Shown piece after piece: positions 23,916 through 32,792 of a stretch of 64,000 nucleotides of DNA. The DNA is taken from assembly GCA_964631955.1 (NCBI GenBank), contig CAZWBA010000014.1, forward strand, positions 8,027 to 72,026, given 5' to 3'. Made by a program: the position numbers and the translations under genes. Below the pieces are notes generated by a model. That model was given only the letters and a program-made list of their open reading frames with translations. It was not told the origin of the DNA and did no database searches. The stretch comes from an uncultured Verrucomicrobiaceae bacterium (GTDB lineage: Bacteria; Pseudomonadota; Gammaproteobacteria; Pseudomonadales; CAMLJR01). Numbering within the stretch: the first letter of the stretch is position 1; each line of letters starts with the position of its first letter.

Positions 23916-24323
23916 ATGACTCCTTTCGGTTGCTATCTCGAAGCACTTCGCCGCAGTCGGCAATTGCAACAAAAGCAATTGGCCGGGATGCTCGATGTTG
24001 ACCCAACCTATATCAGCTTGATGGAGCGCGGCAGAAAAGGCCCGCCGTCAAATGCGCTACTCGAAAAATTAATTGCATCGCTTCAGCTAAGCCAAGAAGA
24101 GCAATCGCTATTGCATAAATACGTGGCGCAATCGCCGCGTGCTTTGGCGTTGCCGAAAAATATGAAACTAGAAGAGTACGAGTTGCTGGAGTCGCTATGG
24201 CAGCGGCTCGGTTCTTTAAGTCACTGCCAGATAGAAATCATTAAAAATGCGCTGAAGATGTCAGATGAACGCGTGAATGCTCAGCGGCCTGCACAGCTCA
24301 ACTTGAGGATGAACAGCATGTAG
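23916..24323 (+). CDS. XRE-family HTH protein upstream of tnsA
   Basis: HTH LRRSRQLQQKQLAGMLDVDPTYISLMERGRKGPP; start set at ATG 23916 (the track starts at a TTG at 23859). Confidence 0.7.
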   Translation: MTPFGCYLEALRRSRQLQQKQLAGMLDVDPTYISLMERGRKGPPSNALLEKLIASLQLSQEEQSLLHKYVAQSPRALALPKNMKLEEYELLESLWQRLGSLSHCQIEIIKNALKMSDERVNAQRPAQLNLRMNSM

Positions 24324-24484
24324 AAAGTAAAACGGGACAGCCTGTCGGCGTGCCCCGCTTTGGGTGTAAGGCGATGCCTCACGTCTGGAAAACTGAGTAT
24401 CGGCCCTTCTCGCAAAGCCCGTCAAGCTAACCGCTGATCCCATAACTGGCGAACATCTTTTTCATTACTGACCAAGGAGCAGTC

Positions 24485-25279
24485 ATGTTTTCGAAAAAGC
24501 GAATGTCGCTGCCAAGGCAGTGGCAAAGGCCAACTCATCTCGGTGAAATCGGGTTTGATGTATCCCGCGTGCGAAATCCGGTCACTCGATCGCGAGGACT
24601 GGTACGTGGTCAATTTCCATCGACGAAATCCAAGCGGATGGTTGCGTGGGAGTCTCAGCTTGAAGAAAGAGCATGCTACCTCTTCGAGTTTACGCGGACG
24701 GTGCAATCATTTCGTGAGCAGCCCGTGACGGTTGAATATATTTTCGAGGGGAAAGTACGGACATACATACCGGATTTCGAAGTCACCTGCCGCAATGGCT
24801 TAGTTTGCTATATCGAAATTAAACCGCTGCAAAAACTGCAGTCATCCGAGGAAAGATATCGGTTCGATTGCATCGCACAAACGCTTAATCGTGACGGATG
24901 CGCATGGCATGCACTTACTGAAACAGAACTTCCCTCTCCTCACTCGCTACATACATTAAAACTTTTAAGAACTTATCTTCGTTGCTTGATACCGCCAACA
25001 ACAATTCAAAAAGCCCAGAAATGGCTTAGTCAAACAAATGCCCCCACCTTTGCGATGTTCGCGATTTATCTCGACTCCTCATCAATTGCACTTGCGCTCA
25101 TTGCACAAGGTTTTGCTTTTATCGATCTGAACCAACTCCTACTTGATTCAACACTCGTTACCTTAATCGGAGGGATTCAAAATGAAACTAGGCTCTTTAC
25201 AGCACGGTCAGCACCTAGCTTTGAACAACGCGAACTATCGTATTGCGCGGATACTGGAGGACGATACCGTTCAACTTGA
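24485..25279 (+). CDS. tnsA: TnsA-like transposition endonuclease
   Basis: 264-aa ORF; WESQLEERACYLFEF ... YIPDFEV ... YIEIKP gives an E/D/K catalytic pattern like the TnsA N-terminal domain. Confidence 0.85.
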   Translation: MFSKKRMSLPRQWQRPTHLGEIGFDVSRVRNPVTRSRGLVRGQFPSTKSKRMVAWESQLEERACYLFEFTRTVQSFREQPVTVEYIFEGKVRTYIPDFEVTCRNGLVCYIEIKPLQKLQSSEERYRFDCIAQTLNRDGCAWHALTETELPSPHSLHTLKLLRTYLRCLIPPTTIQKAQKWLSQTNAPTFAMFAIYLDSSSIALALIAQGFAFIDLNQLLLDSTLVTLIGGIQNETRLFTARSAPSFEQRELSYCADTGGRYRST

Positions 25280-27131
25280 ACGGTTGAAAGATTTAGCGCT
25301 TATCAATCGAACGAGAAGTGATTTATTGGGCGCACTCGCGAATGGTGATTTGTCTTTGATCGGTGGTGAAAGTCACCCACTAGAAAAAGCGCAGCTACCA
25401 ATCTGTGTGTCGGACATCGCTAGCTTGTCGCCTGTTAAGCAGCAGCTAACGATGCGCCGTTTCAATTATGTAAAAGCAGCTGAAACAAGCTTAGGAGAAA
25501 TACCTCGAATATTGGGGATTGAGAAAGTTATTGCAGAGGTATCTCATCGATTAAATGATGATAGCCCGCCAAGCGTTAATACGGTTTACCGTTGGTGGCG
25601 ATGGTGGCAGCGCTCTGGGCATAACTTGAAGGTACTGGCTCCGAAAGTGAAAAAGGCCAGGAAGCATCGACGCTTTATGGGTATTGTCAGCGACGAAATT
25701 TTCAATGTTATTGAAGAGGTGTACTTAACTCCCGAAAATAATACGATTCAAGCAGCTTACGATCAGTTGTGCTATCGATTAAACATATTGAATGCCGGTA
25801 GAACACGACCGCTTTCCATACCAAGCCGCGCCACCTTCTATCGCATTTGTCGTAATTACGATAACTATTCAAAAATGGCTGCGCGCAAAGGCCGTGCAGC
25901 GGCAGATCGTTTCTTCCGGTCAACTGGCAAAGGTACCGATCCCAAATACATATTAGAGCGTGCTGAAATTGATCACACACCTCTCGATTTAATTGTGATC
26001 GATGATGAAACAGGACGTGCCCTTGGTCGCCCTACCGTTACATTTATCACTGACCGATATTCACGCATGCCCTTGGGGTTCGAGATCGGCTTCGAGCCTC
26101 CCTCTGAGCTTGCTGTCATGGCGGCGCTACGTCACGCGGTAATGCCGAAAATCTATTTGAAGGAATCTTACCCTGAGATAAAAAATGAATGGCCTGCCTA
26201 TGGTATTCCTTCGACATTAGTTTGTGATAACGGATTGGAATTTCACGCCGAACAACTGAAAAGGATGTGTGCAGAATTAAACAACGAGTTAATTTTCTGC
26301 CCAAAACGTCAACCCCACTACAAAGCTGCCATTGAGAGATTTCTCGGCACATTCAACCGACAAGTGAGTCACCGGCTTCCGGGAACAACTTTTTCAAATA
26401 TTGAAATGCGGGGCGACTATGACTCTGTCGCGAACGCCTGTTTTACATTAAGTGATATCAAAAAGCTCATTCACTTGTGGATCGTGGATATCTATAACCA
26501 ATCCAAAAATCGAATGACGCAAGAAAGACCCAATTGGTTGTGGATGCAAGGACTGCAAAATGTTGAACCACTACTACCAGAAAGCAAAGAGCAGCTAGCG
26601 TTAATTCTTGCGCGCGAGGAAAGACGAATACTGAGTCACGATGGCGTTCAGTTTAAAGGACTGATGTATAGCAGCTCTGAATTAGCCACGTTACGTATTC
26701 GGAACAACGGTAACACCGAAGTGATCATACGATTTGATCCGGAAAATCTCGGCTCTGTATGGGTTTACGATGATTTCTATGCTGACTATCTCCGTGTTCC
26801 GTGTACACACCAAGATTACGCGAATACGCTTTCTTTGCAGCAGCATTTATTGATTCGCAAACAGCAGCGCTTAAACGATAAAACATTGACTAATGAGCAA
26901 GAGTTACTAGAGGCAAAAGCGACCTTCTTCAGAATGATTAAGGAGATGAGCCAAAGCTCTCGGATGCGCGAACGGCGCAAAGCCGCACGCATTGATAAAT
27001 CAAAATTCACATCCCAGCAATTGCGCCATTCCGACATTCAACACTCTGCAACACCTCCATTAATTCCCGAGCTGACGCTAGATGATATTCCGCTGTTTGA
27101 GACAGTGATTCGAAACGATCGAGTCGTATGA
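25182..27131 (+). CDS. tnsB: TnsB-like DDE transposase
   Basis: 649-aa ORF; RNase-H-like core EIDHTPLDLIVID ... LVCDNGLEFHA ... later E. N-terminus resembles the Tn7 TnsB start; overlaps tnsA by 98 nt. Confidence 0.88.
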   Translation: MKLGSLQHGQHLALNNANYRIARILEDDTVQLERLKDLALINRTRSDLLGALANGDLSLIGGESHPLEKAQLPICVSDIASLSPVKQQLTMRRFNYVKAAETSLGEIPRILGIEKVIAEVSHRLNDDSPPSVNTVYRWWRWWQRSGHNLKVLAPKVKKARKHRRFMGIVSDEIFNVIEEVYLTPENNTIQAAYDQLCYRLNILNAGRTRPLSIPSRATFYRICRNYDNYSKMAARKGRAAADRFFRSTGKGTDPKYILERAEIDHTPLDLIVIDDETGRALGRPTVTFITDRYSRMPLGFEIGFEPPSELAVMAALRHAVMPKIYLKESYPEIKNEWPAYGIPSTLVCDNGLEFHAEQLKRMCAELNNELIFCPKRQPHYKAAIERFLGTFNRQVSHRLPGTTFSNIEMRGDYDSVANACFTLSDIKKLIHLWIVDIYNQSKNRMTQERPNWLWMQGLQNVEPLLPESKEQLALILAREERRILSHDGVQFKGLMYSSSELATLRIRNNGNTEVIIRFDPENLGSVWVYDDFYADYLRVPCTHQDYANTLSLQQHLLIRKQQRLNDKTLTNEQELLEAKATFFRMIKEMSQSSRMRERRKAARIDKSKFTSQQLRHSDIQHSATPPLIPELTLDDIPLFETVIRNDRVV

Positions 27132-28066
27132 ATAGCGAATCAAAATTTGAATGCATCGCCCGTGTGCGCAACACAGTGATGATGCATTCTCAGTTCAAAT
27201 CCAACTATGAGATGCTCGTGGAGGCTCATGATCTGAACGCGCGGGTCGGTATAGCTCAACACTATTTGCTAACAGGTGAATCGGGCACTGGCAAATCAAC
27301 TATCAAAGCGTTGCTTCTGAAAAAGTTTCCATCAACATGGCTATCGGAAAAGCGCGTTATTCCTGTTTTAGCAATAGATACCCCTTCGCTACCCAGCGTT
27401 AAAAACCTCGCTGAAGAGTTTCTAACGCAATTAGGAGACCCTCGATATGGGCGCGGCTCCACGATTGAAAAAACGAGTCGCATTTTGCGTTACTTGCATG
27501 CTTGTGATGTGAAGCTCGTCATTATCGATGAAATTCAGCATTTTTTAGATCAAGGCAAACGCAAGGCCCCGAGAGAGGTAGCGGATTGGCTCAAAAGCAT
27601 TATTGAGCGCGGGAACGTTTCTACAGTGCTGATGGGATTAGAGCGAAGTGCGCAAATTCTCGAAATTAATGAACAATTGCGCCGTCGCTTTTGTTGCCAC
27701 ATAAAACTGCAAGCATTCAATATCAAAAGCCAAAAGAGCTGCGCTGAATTTATTGGTGCGATAAAGCAGCTACTAACCTGTTTTGATCTTCCGACAAATA
27801 TTGATTTACAGAGCACCGAATTAGTCGCCGCACTTCACTATGCGACCAACGGGATCATGGATTATATGATCAAGTTATTGATCGGATCGTACGAAGTGGC
27901 CTATCGCGATCGCCACGTAGCTATTGATAAAGCTTGTTTAGAAATAGCGTTCTGCGAACGAATCTGGGCGGCAGCTACCGACGAATTAAATCCTTTTAGC
28001 AAGCAATTTATTCCCCAGCGCCTCGATAAGCGAGGTATGCCATTTTTTAAATCTCAACCTGAATGA
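27128..28066 (+). CDS. tnsC: TnsC/TniB-like AAA+ transposition regulator
   Basis: 312-aa ORF; Walker A LLTGESGTGKST, Walker B LVIIDEIQHF; ATGA overlap with tnsB. Confidence 0.88.
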   Translation: MNSESKFECIARVRNTVMMHSQFKSNYEMLVEAHDLNARVGIAQHYLLTGESGTGKSTIKALLLKKFPSTWLSEKRVIPVLAIDTPSLPSVKNLAEEFLTQLGDPRYGRGSTIEKTSRILRYLHACDVKLVIIDEIQHFLDQGKRKAPREVADWLKSIIERGNVSTVLMGLERSAQILEINEQLRRRFCCHIKLQAFNIKSQKSCAEFIGAIKQLLTCFDLPTNIDLQSTELVAALHYATNGIMDYMIKLLIGSYEVAYRDRHVAIDKACLEIAFCERIWAAATDELNPFSKQFIPQRLDKRGMPFFKSQPE

Positions 28067-28076
28067 GGTCGATAAA

Positions 28077-29945
28077 ATGTCTATGGAGATTATACGAGTT
28101 CCGATATTTCGACGTTGTTTTGTAGATGAGTCCCCACTCGGCTATTTAAAGCAAATTGCTGAGATGAACGAATATGGAAAATATGGCTGGATGTCACTTA
28201 TCTCTGCCTGGCCATGCTCTACGTTGCCGGCACGGTTGTATCCGCATTTAAAATGCGCTGATTGGACAGGATTCAACAAGATCGATGAGTTTGCGCGAGC
28301 TATTCTCCAAATCGACAATAGTTATCTGGTGGCAACTCGGCTTAGATACTGTCCGGAATGTATGCGAGAAAATGAATATTGGCGAATGGGCTGGAAGCTG
28401 CTCTATTCAGTCGCGTGTACGAAGCACCAAACCTACTTGGAAGATGCTTGCCCGCATTGTTCTAAACGCGTGGGTGTTCCCGATTATGTAAATCGATGCA
28501 ATTGTGGAATGCGCTTCATGGATGTTAAAGCTCAGCCCGCGCCATCTATCGTTGTACGGTGGCAGCGATTTCTTGAAGGCTTACCATTCATCGATACTGA
28601 TGATTCACGACCAATTCTCTCGGGCGGACATAGATTAACCTTAAAGCAACGAATTGCGTTCATCCGTCTATTTTCTGTATGGGCAAATCGATTATCTCCG
28701 CTAAAAAATAAATGCTTAAGAGATATTGGAATTTCCAATCCAGATGTAAGAGAAGTGATTTGCAATGCATCGACTACGATGTTTAGCGGAGAGACGGCCT
28801 ACCGAAATTTCCTGTTCAAGATTATGACAACGGATTTTGGTGACGCATGCGTAAATCAACAATACTTTGTCGAGTTCTATGCCGAGTTTAAATCGCTAGG
28901 CCATCAAAAGGCGCTCCAGGGTTTCGATGAGATCAACAGCGAATTTGTGGCCAGCGAATGGAAACAATCGGTTTCAAGGAGAAAAGTATTTACGACAGAG
29001 GTATGTGAAGCCCATAAATGGATTCCGCTACATGTAATCCGGCGCAAATATTCAGTAGGAGCAGCGACATTAAGACGATGGCTGGATGAGTTTGAAATAA
29101 AACACTCGATAAGACGCGCGGGTAGGCGCGAAATTATCGATGTTTATGAACCGGATATAGAGATTGTACTTGATGAAATCAATGATCGAATATCAGGGAT
29201 AAGTGCCGCTGAAATGCTTGGGGTAACAAAAGCACAATTCGCTGAAATACGAAATATCTTTTTCGCTAAATCCCCTGCACAAGGTCACTGTGCCGAATGG
29301 CAATTTTCAAAGAAGGAGCTGCGCAAGTATATCGATGGCTTACTGAGCACCGAAGAGCCGATTGAGAATGAGGCGATAGCTGTGAGCGACATCCTGCGAT
29401 ATTACGGCGGCAAAATAGAAAATGCATTGCCTACCCTATTGAGGGCAATAGAATCTAAGCAAGTAACTTGCTGTAGTACGCAATTTGATGGAATTCGGAA
29501 TTTGCTTATCGATCGACGCGAGTTTATGAATTGGTACTTGGAGCGAAAAAGAGTCGATGGTCATTTCAGCATACAGGAAATAGGTAAAAAATTAGAAATA
29601 AACGAAGAGTTTGCGTACCAGCTTATTAACAGCGGCTTAATACGATCCATTGATTACGGTCAAGTCGGTCGACTAGTTTCCAGCGATCAGCTTTATGAAT
29701 TTTCTCAAGAATATGTTTTGCTATCTAAAATGAGCAAAATGTTTGAGGTTAACTCTAAGCAATTAAGAAACCATCTTAAGTTGAAAGGGGTTAACGCTGT
29801 AATGAATACCGAAAATTTCAAATTGCGTCAGCTGGTCTATAAGAGAGAGGAGTTAGCCACTGTCCCCTTCATTGTAAATTCCCTGCGAAGACTCCAAATG
29901 TCGATCGAAGATTTGTCGGGGGTTGGCAATGAAAGATATAAATGA
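28077..29945 (+). CDS. tniQ: TniQ-family target selector, long TnsD-like form
   Basis: 622-aa ORF; TniQ zinc ribbon CPECMRENEYWRMGWKLLYSVACTKHQTYLEDACPHCSKRV. Several C-terminal HTH-like segments, e.g. YSVGAATLRRWLDEF and FSIQEIGKKLEINEEFAYQLINSGLI. Confidence 0.85.
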   Translation: MSMEIIRVPIFRRCFVDESPLGYLKQIAEMNEYGKYGWMSLISAWPCSTLPARLYPHLKCADWTGFNKIDEFARAILQIDNSYLVATRLRYCPECMRENEYWRMGWKLLYSVACTKHQTYLEDACPHCSKRVGVPDYVNRCNCGMRFMDVKAQPAPSIVVRWQRFLEGLPFIDTDDSRPILSGGHRLTLKQRIAFIRLFSVWANRLSPLKNKCLRDIGISNPDVREVICNASTTMFSGETAYRNFLFKIMTTDFGDACVNQQYFVEFYAEFKSLGHQKALQGFDEINSEFVASEWKQSVSRRKVFTTEVCEAHKWIPLHVIRRKYSVGAATLRRWLDEFEIKHSIRRAGRREIIDVYEPDIEIVLDEINDRISGISAAEMLGVTKAQFAEIRNIFFAKSPAQGHCAEWQFSKKELRKYIDGLLSTEEPIENEAIAVSDILRYYGGKIENALPTLLRAIESKQVTCCSTQFDGIRNLLIDRREFMNWYLERKRVDGHFSIQEIGKKLEINEEFAYQLINSGLIRSIDYGQVGRLVSSDQLYEFSQEYVLLSKMSKMFEVNSKQLRNHLKLKGVNAVMNTENFKLRQLVYKREELATVPFIVNSLRRLQMSIEDLSGVGNERYK

Positions 29946-30252
29946 CGATGAGTTTAAAGCGCTTATAGAAAAGGAGTACCACGACACTTACGATTACTAT
30001 CGGCAGTATTTCGCGACATTAGATTTCGGCGGTATTTCTCGATTTATTATGGGGGCTGATGAACTGTTCGGTAGCTTTATGACAAGCCCAGAAAGCTTTG
30101 GGGAGGATGAACAGCTCTTTAAAGCACGTCGCCGCGCTATTGTTACGGCACTGTTAGAGCATCCCGCGGCTAACCAACTTGAAGGTGACATCACGGCGCT
30201 CGCGGAGCTTGCAGGGGTGGGTTTACCGATAGGAGAAAAAACAGTGCATTGA
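29929..30252 (+). CDS. hypothetical acidic protein, translationally linked to the tniQ stop
   Basis: 107-aa ORF from ATG 29929, overlapping the last 17 nt of tniQ and followed by a terminator; no recognisable motif. Confidence 0.45.
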   Translation: MKDINDDEFKALIEKEYHDTYDYYRQYFATLDFGGISRFIMGADELFGSFMTSPESFGEDEQLFKARRRAIVTALLEHPAANQLEGDITALAELAGVGLPIGEKTVH

Positions 30253-30340
30253 TGTTTTCTGAAGTGTTCCCTAAACTAATTAAGTGTGCTTTGGGACTTC
30301 GTTGGTAGATAGTTACCTCCCCCCGAAGACTTACGATAAA

Positions 30341-30367
30341 AGGCCTGCCGATACGGTGGGCCTTTTT
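30341..30367 (+). terminator. rho-independent terminator closing the tns operon
   Basis: AGGCCTGCCG-ATA-CGGTGGGCCT imperfect hairpin followed by TTTTT. Confidence 0.6.
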
Positions 30368-30481
30368 CATATCACGGACAATGCCAACGAGTTTAGCAAT
30401 AACTCGCAAATGTGATTTTGCTGGCCTAGCCATCACGTTGGTTAGTTATTTCAGATGCAGCGGTAAGTTTTTCGTAGACGT

Positions 30482-31471
30482 ATGCGTTATCTAAATTTGG
30501 AGGTTATTTTGAAAAAGGTATTTCACGGATATATCAATAAATATCAATTCTTCCCAAAATTCTGTATTTACGACAAGTTCTCGCAGAAAAGAATAAGCGA
30601 GTTTAACAAGAGCGAAGCTACTCTTTATTTAATAGTGAAAACACCAAAAGTTAAATTTTTGCCCGAATCATTTCATGTCACTAAAAACTATTGCATTAAG
30701 GGTTTTTTGCAGGTCAAAGATCGAAAAATTGAGATCATATTTAGTGCTGCGAAAGCTTGGTTTGATTCTCCAAATATAAAAAATAGATTCAGAAATATTG
30801 AGGAGTTTACTGACTTCTATATGGAAAGATGGCGATTCTATGATGGTAGGACGGTTTCTAACCCCGAAAAATATTCATTGGTTACAACTATTAACCTTGA
30901 AGAGTCAAATGAAAATTATTTGCGGATAAATTGCGCATTAGGAAACTCATTGGCAGATATGAAGGATGGTGATCTCATTCTTACGCCATATCAACTGATT
31001 AGTTTTTTCGAAATAGATTGTTTAGAAGATCTTGAGATTATATATATAGGAAAAAGCAATGATGACACTTGGAAAAGGATTTATAACCATAATAAATGGG
31101 GGCTAATAGAGGAGCATCGAGAGGCCGATGAAGACCTGCTGGTTTATTTTATGAGCTTAGACAAATCTTCTATAAACCAAAAAAATCACGATGGTTTAAC
31201 AATGATAATCCGAGATGAATCTGAATTAAGTGTTGAAGATGCAACAAATATCATGGAAGCTGCACTGATAATCTATTTTGTAAAAGATAAAAAATTTAAT
31301 CTGCAGCTTGTTGGTGCTGACATTTCAGCTATAGAAACTGTTAGAAAGGTCCTGTTACCAGCAGGATATGATCGTATCTTTGTGGAGATGGATCTTGATG
31401 GACCTTTTGGTTTCCTGGGTTCAGCGTGTATAAATCCTTCAAGAAGCCACAACATTGAATACCACATATGA
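30482..31471 (+). CDS. hypothetical protein with C-terminal GIY-YIG-like nuclease motifs
   Basis: 329-aa AT-rich ORF. LEIIYIGKSNDDTWKRIYNH (YIG..R..H), later MEAALIIYF...KFN (E..LI....N). A GGAGG RBS favours an in-frame TTG start at 30509. Confidence 0.5.
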   Translation: MRYLNLEVILKKVFHGYINKYQFFPKFCIYDKFSQKRISEFNKSEATLYLIVKTPKVKFLPESFHVTKNYCIKGFLQVKDRKIEIIFSAAKAWFDSPNIKNRFRNIEEFTDFYMERWRFYDGRTVSNPEKYSLVTTINLEESNENYLRINCALGNSLADMKDGDLILTPYQLISFFEIDCLEDLEIIYIGKSNDDTWKRIYNHNKWGLIEEHREADEDLLVYFMSLDKSSINQKNHDGLTMIIRDESELSVEDATNIMEAALIIYFVKDKKFNLQLVGADISAIETVRKVLLPAGYDRIFVEMDLDGPFGFLGSACINPSRSHNIEYHI

Positions 31472-31509
31472 TAGGAAAATCGAGCACAAAGTAAGTCATT
31501 ATTGATTCG

Positions 31510-32655
31510 TTATCTAGCTCTATTAGTTATGGAACGCAACCGGAATAGTTTCTCAAGTGCTTCATTTTTCGCCTCAAAGATAGCGAAATTTTTCCCCCCG
31601 TGATTTTTCACACTGGGATACGCTATACCGTGGACGCCATTTCCAGAAATATCTTTAAATCGATATCGAAAATATTCTGAAATGATTTGAGTTGGAACAT
31701 AGTCAATGTGCTCTCTCCCATCTTTTTCTGTAGGCTTAGTTATTTCAGAAGCGAAGGATTTCAGAAAGCCAATATGGTGCCTCCTTTCGTAAAGGGCTGG
31801 TTCAAAAATACTCGGGGAGGCCACCTCTGTTGAAAAGTCAACAATGCGCAACGGCTGAAGTGATTCGAATTCAGCGACACACCACCATTTCGCCCAAGAA
31901 ATGATTTCTTTTTCTGCTGTTTCAGGATCTGAAGCTATATAAAAATAAGGAATCCCTGCCGGGTTCATTCGGCCTGCGACGGTAGAATATCCGGGTGGTG
32001 GTGCAGCCATTTCGGAAAATAATTTAAAGGAACAGTTTTTCTTTGCAGCTCTTACGCGGTAAAAGAGTGTCCCAGCAGGAACCTCATAGATGAATTGTTC
32101 TTTTTCACAAATACCACCCAAAATTTCTAACATTTCGCCGATTGGGATATAGTCCGGGCGTCCGGAGTTGTACTCATCCTCTGGTTCATTTAAAAATAAA
32201 TAGCGTGTTTTGGTAAGAACCTGGTCCTTAAATGCACGCCAACCCCAGCGAAGTGAATCGCTCGGATTATCTAGTCCCCAACTTCCGTCAGTATGCTCAA
32301 CCCAGTATATTGAGGGGTCAAAACTACTAATAACATCATTGAGAAAATTCTTTCTCCAGCCGGGATCGAAGTTTTCGATTATTTCCTCAATTAAAATTTC
32401 TTCTTCAAGCCACCCTCCCTCAACCCATGGAGTATTTACCTCCTGGGCATCTTGATATTCAGTTGTCACAGCTGCATATATTCGCTCCATTATCGCGTCA
32501 AACGGAGCAGCGATAGCGCGATTTGATGCTGCAGTGCAATAACTGCACTTGTTACAAGAGAGCATTTGCGAAACGAGTGATGCAAGTGCATCATCCACAA
32601 CACAATCCGCACATACAAATGTAGAGCGAGATATGAGCGGAAGTTCTTCGATCAT
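31510..32655 (-). CDS. RES-domain protein with Cys-rich HEPN/RES-associated N-terminal domain
   Basis: 381-aa ORF. RES signature YRVR ... GRMNPAGIPYFYIASDPETAEKEI ... IAYPSVK. N-terminus CADCVVDD...CNKCSYC. Confidence 0.8.
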   Translation of the reverse strand: MIEELPLISRSTFVCADCVVDDALASLVSQMLSCNKCSYCTAASNRAIAAPFDAIMERIYAAVTTEYQDAQEVNTPWVEGGWLEEEILIEEIIENFDPGWRKNFLNDVISSFDPSIYWVEHTDGSWGLDNPSDSLRWGWRAFKDQVLTKTRYLFLNEPEDEYNSGRPDYIPIGEMLEILGGICEKEQFIYEVPAGTLFYRVRAAKKNCSFKLFSEMAAPPPGYSTVAGRMNPAGIPYFYIASDPETAEKEIISWAKWWCVAEFESLQPLRIVDFSTEVASPSIFEPALYERRHHIGFLKSFASEITKPTEKDGREHIDYVPTQIISEYFRYRFKDISGNGVHGIAYPSVKNHGGKNFAIFEAKNEALEKLFRLRSITNRAR

Positions 32656-32792
32656 TGGGTTTCCCTAGATGTATTGAGCTGTACGAGCGCGGTCAAGTCT
32701 AAAAGCCGAAGAATCAGTCGATCAGTCAATTTAATTACTGACGGCAGAATAATTCGTATCAAAAGGCGTTAACTTCAAGTGCTGCGATGCTG

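Larger units (their letters stand above)
23733..29945 (+). mobile_element. Tn7-like transposon core: end-proximal repeats, HTH gene, tnsA, tnsB, tnsC, tniQ/tnsD-like (outer boundaries unresolved)
   Basis: Co-directional heteromeric transposase module. TnsA PD-(D/E)xK, DDE TnsB, AAA+ TnsC and a zinc-ribbon TniQ with C-terminal HTH-like modules. Confidence 0.8.

Noticed and set aside
23916-29945. CRISPR-associated transposon (CAST)
   Set aside because: TniQ is present, but there are no cas genes, no CRISPR repeats and no guide-like element. TniQ is a long TnsD-like form with HTH-like modules.
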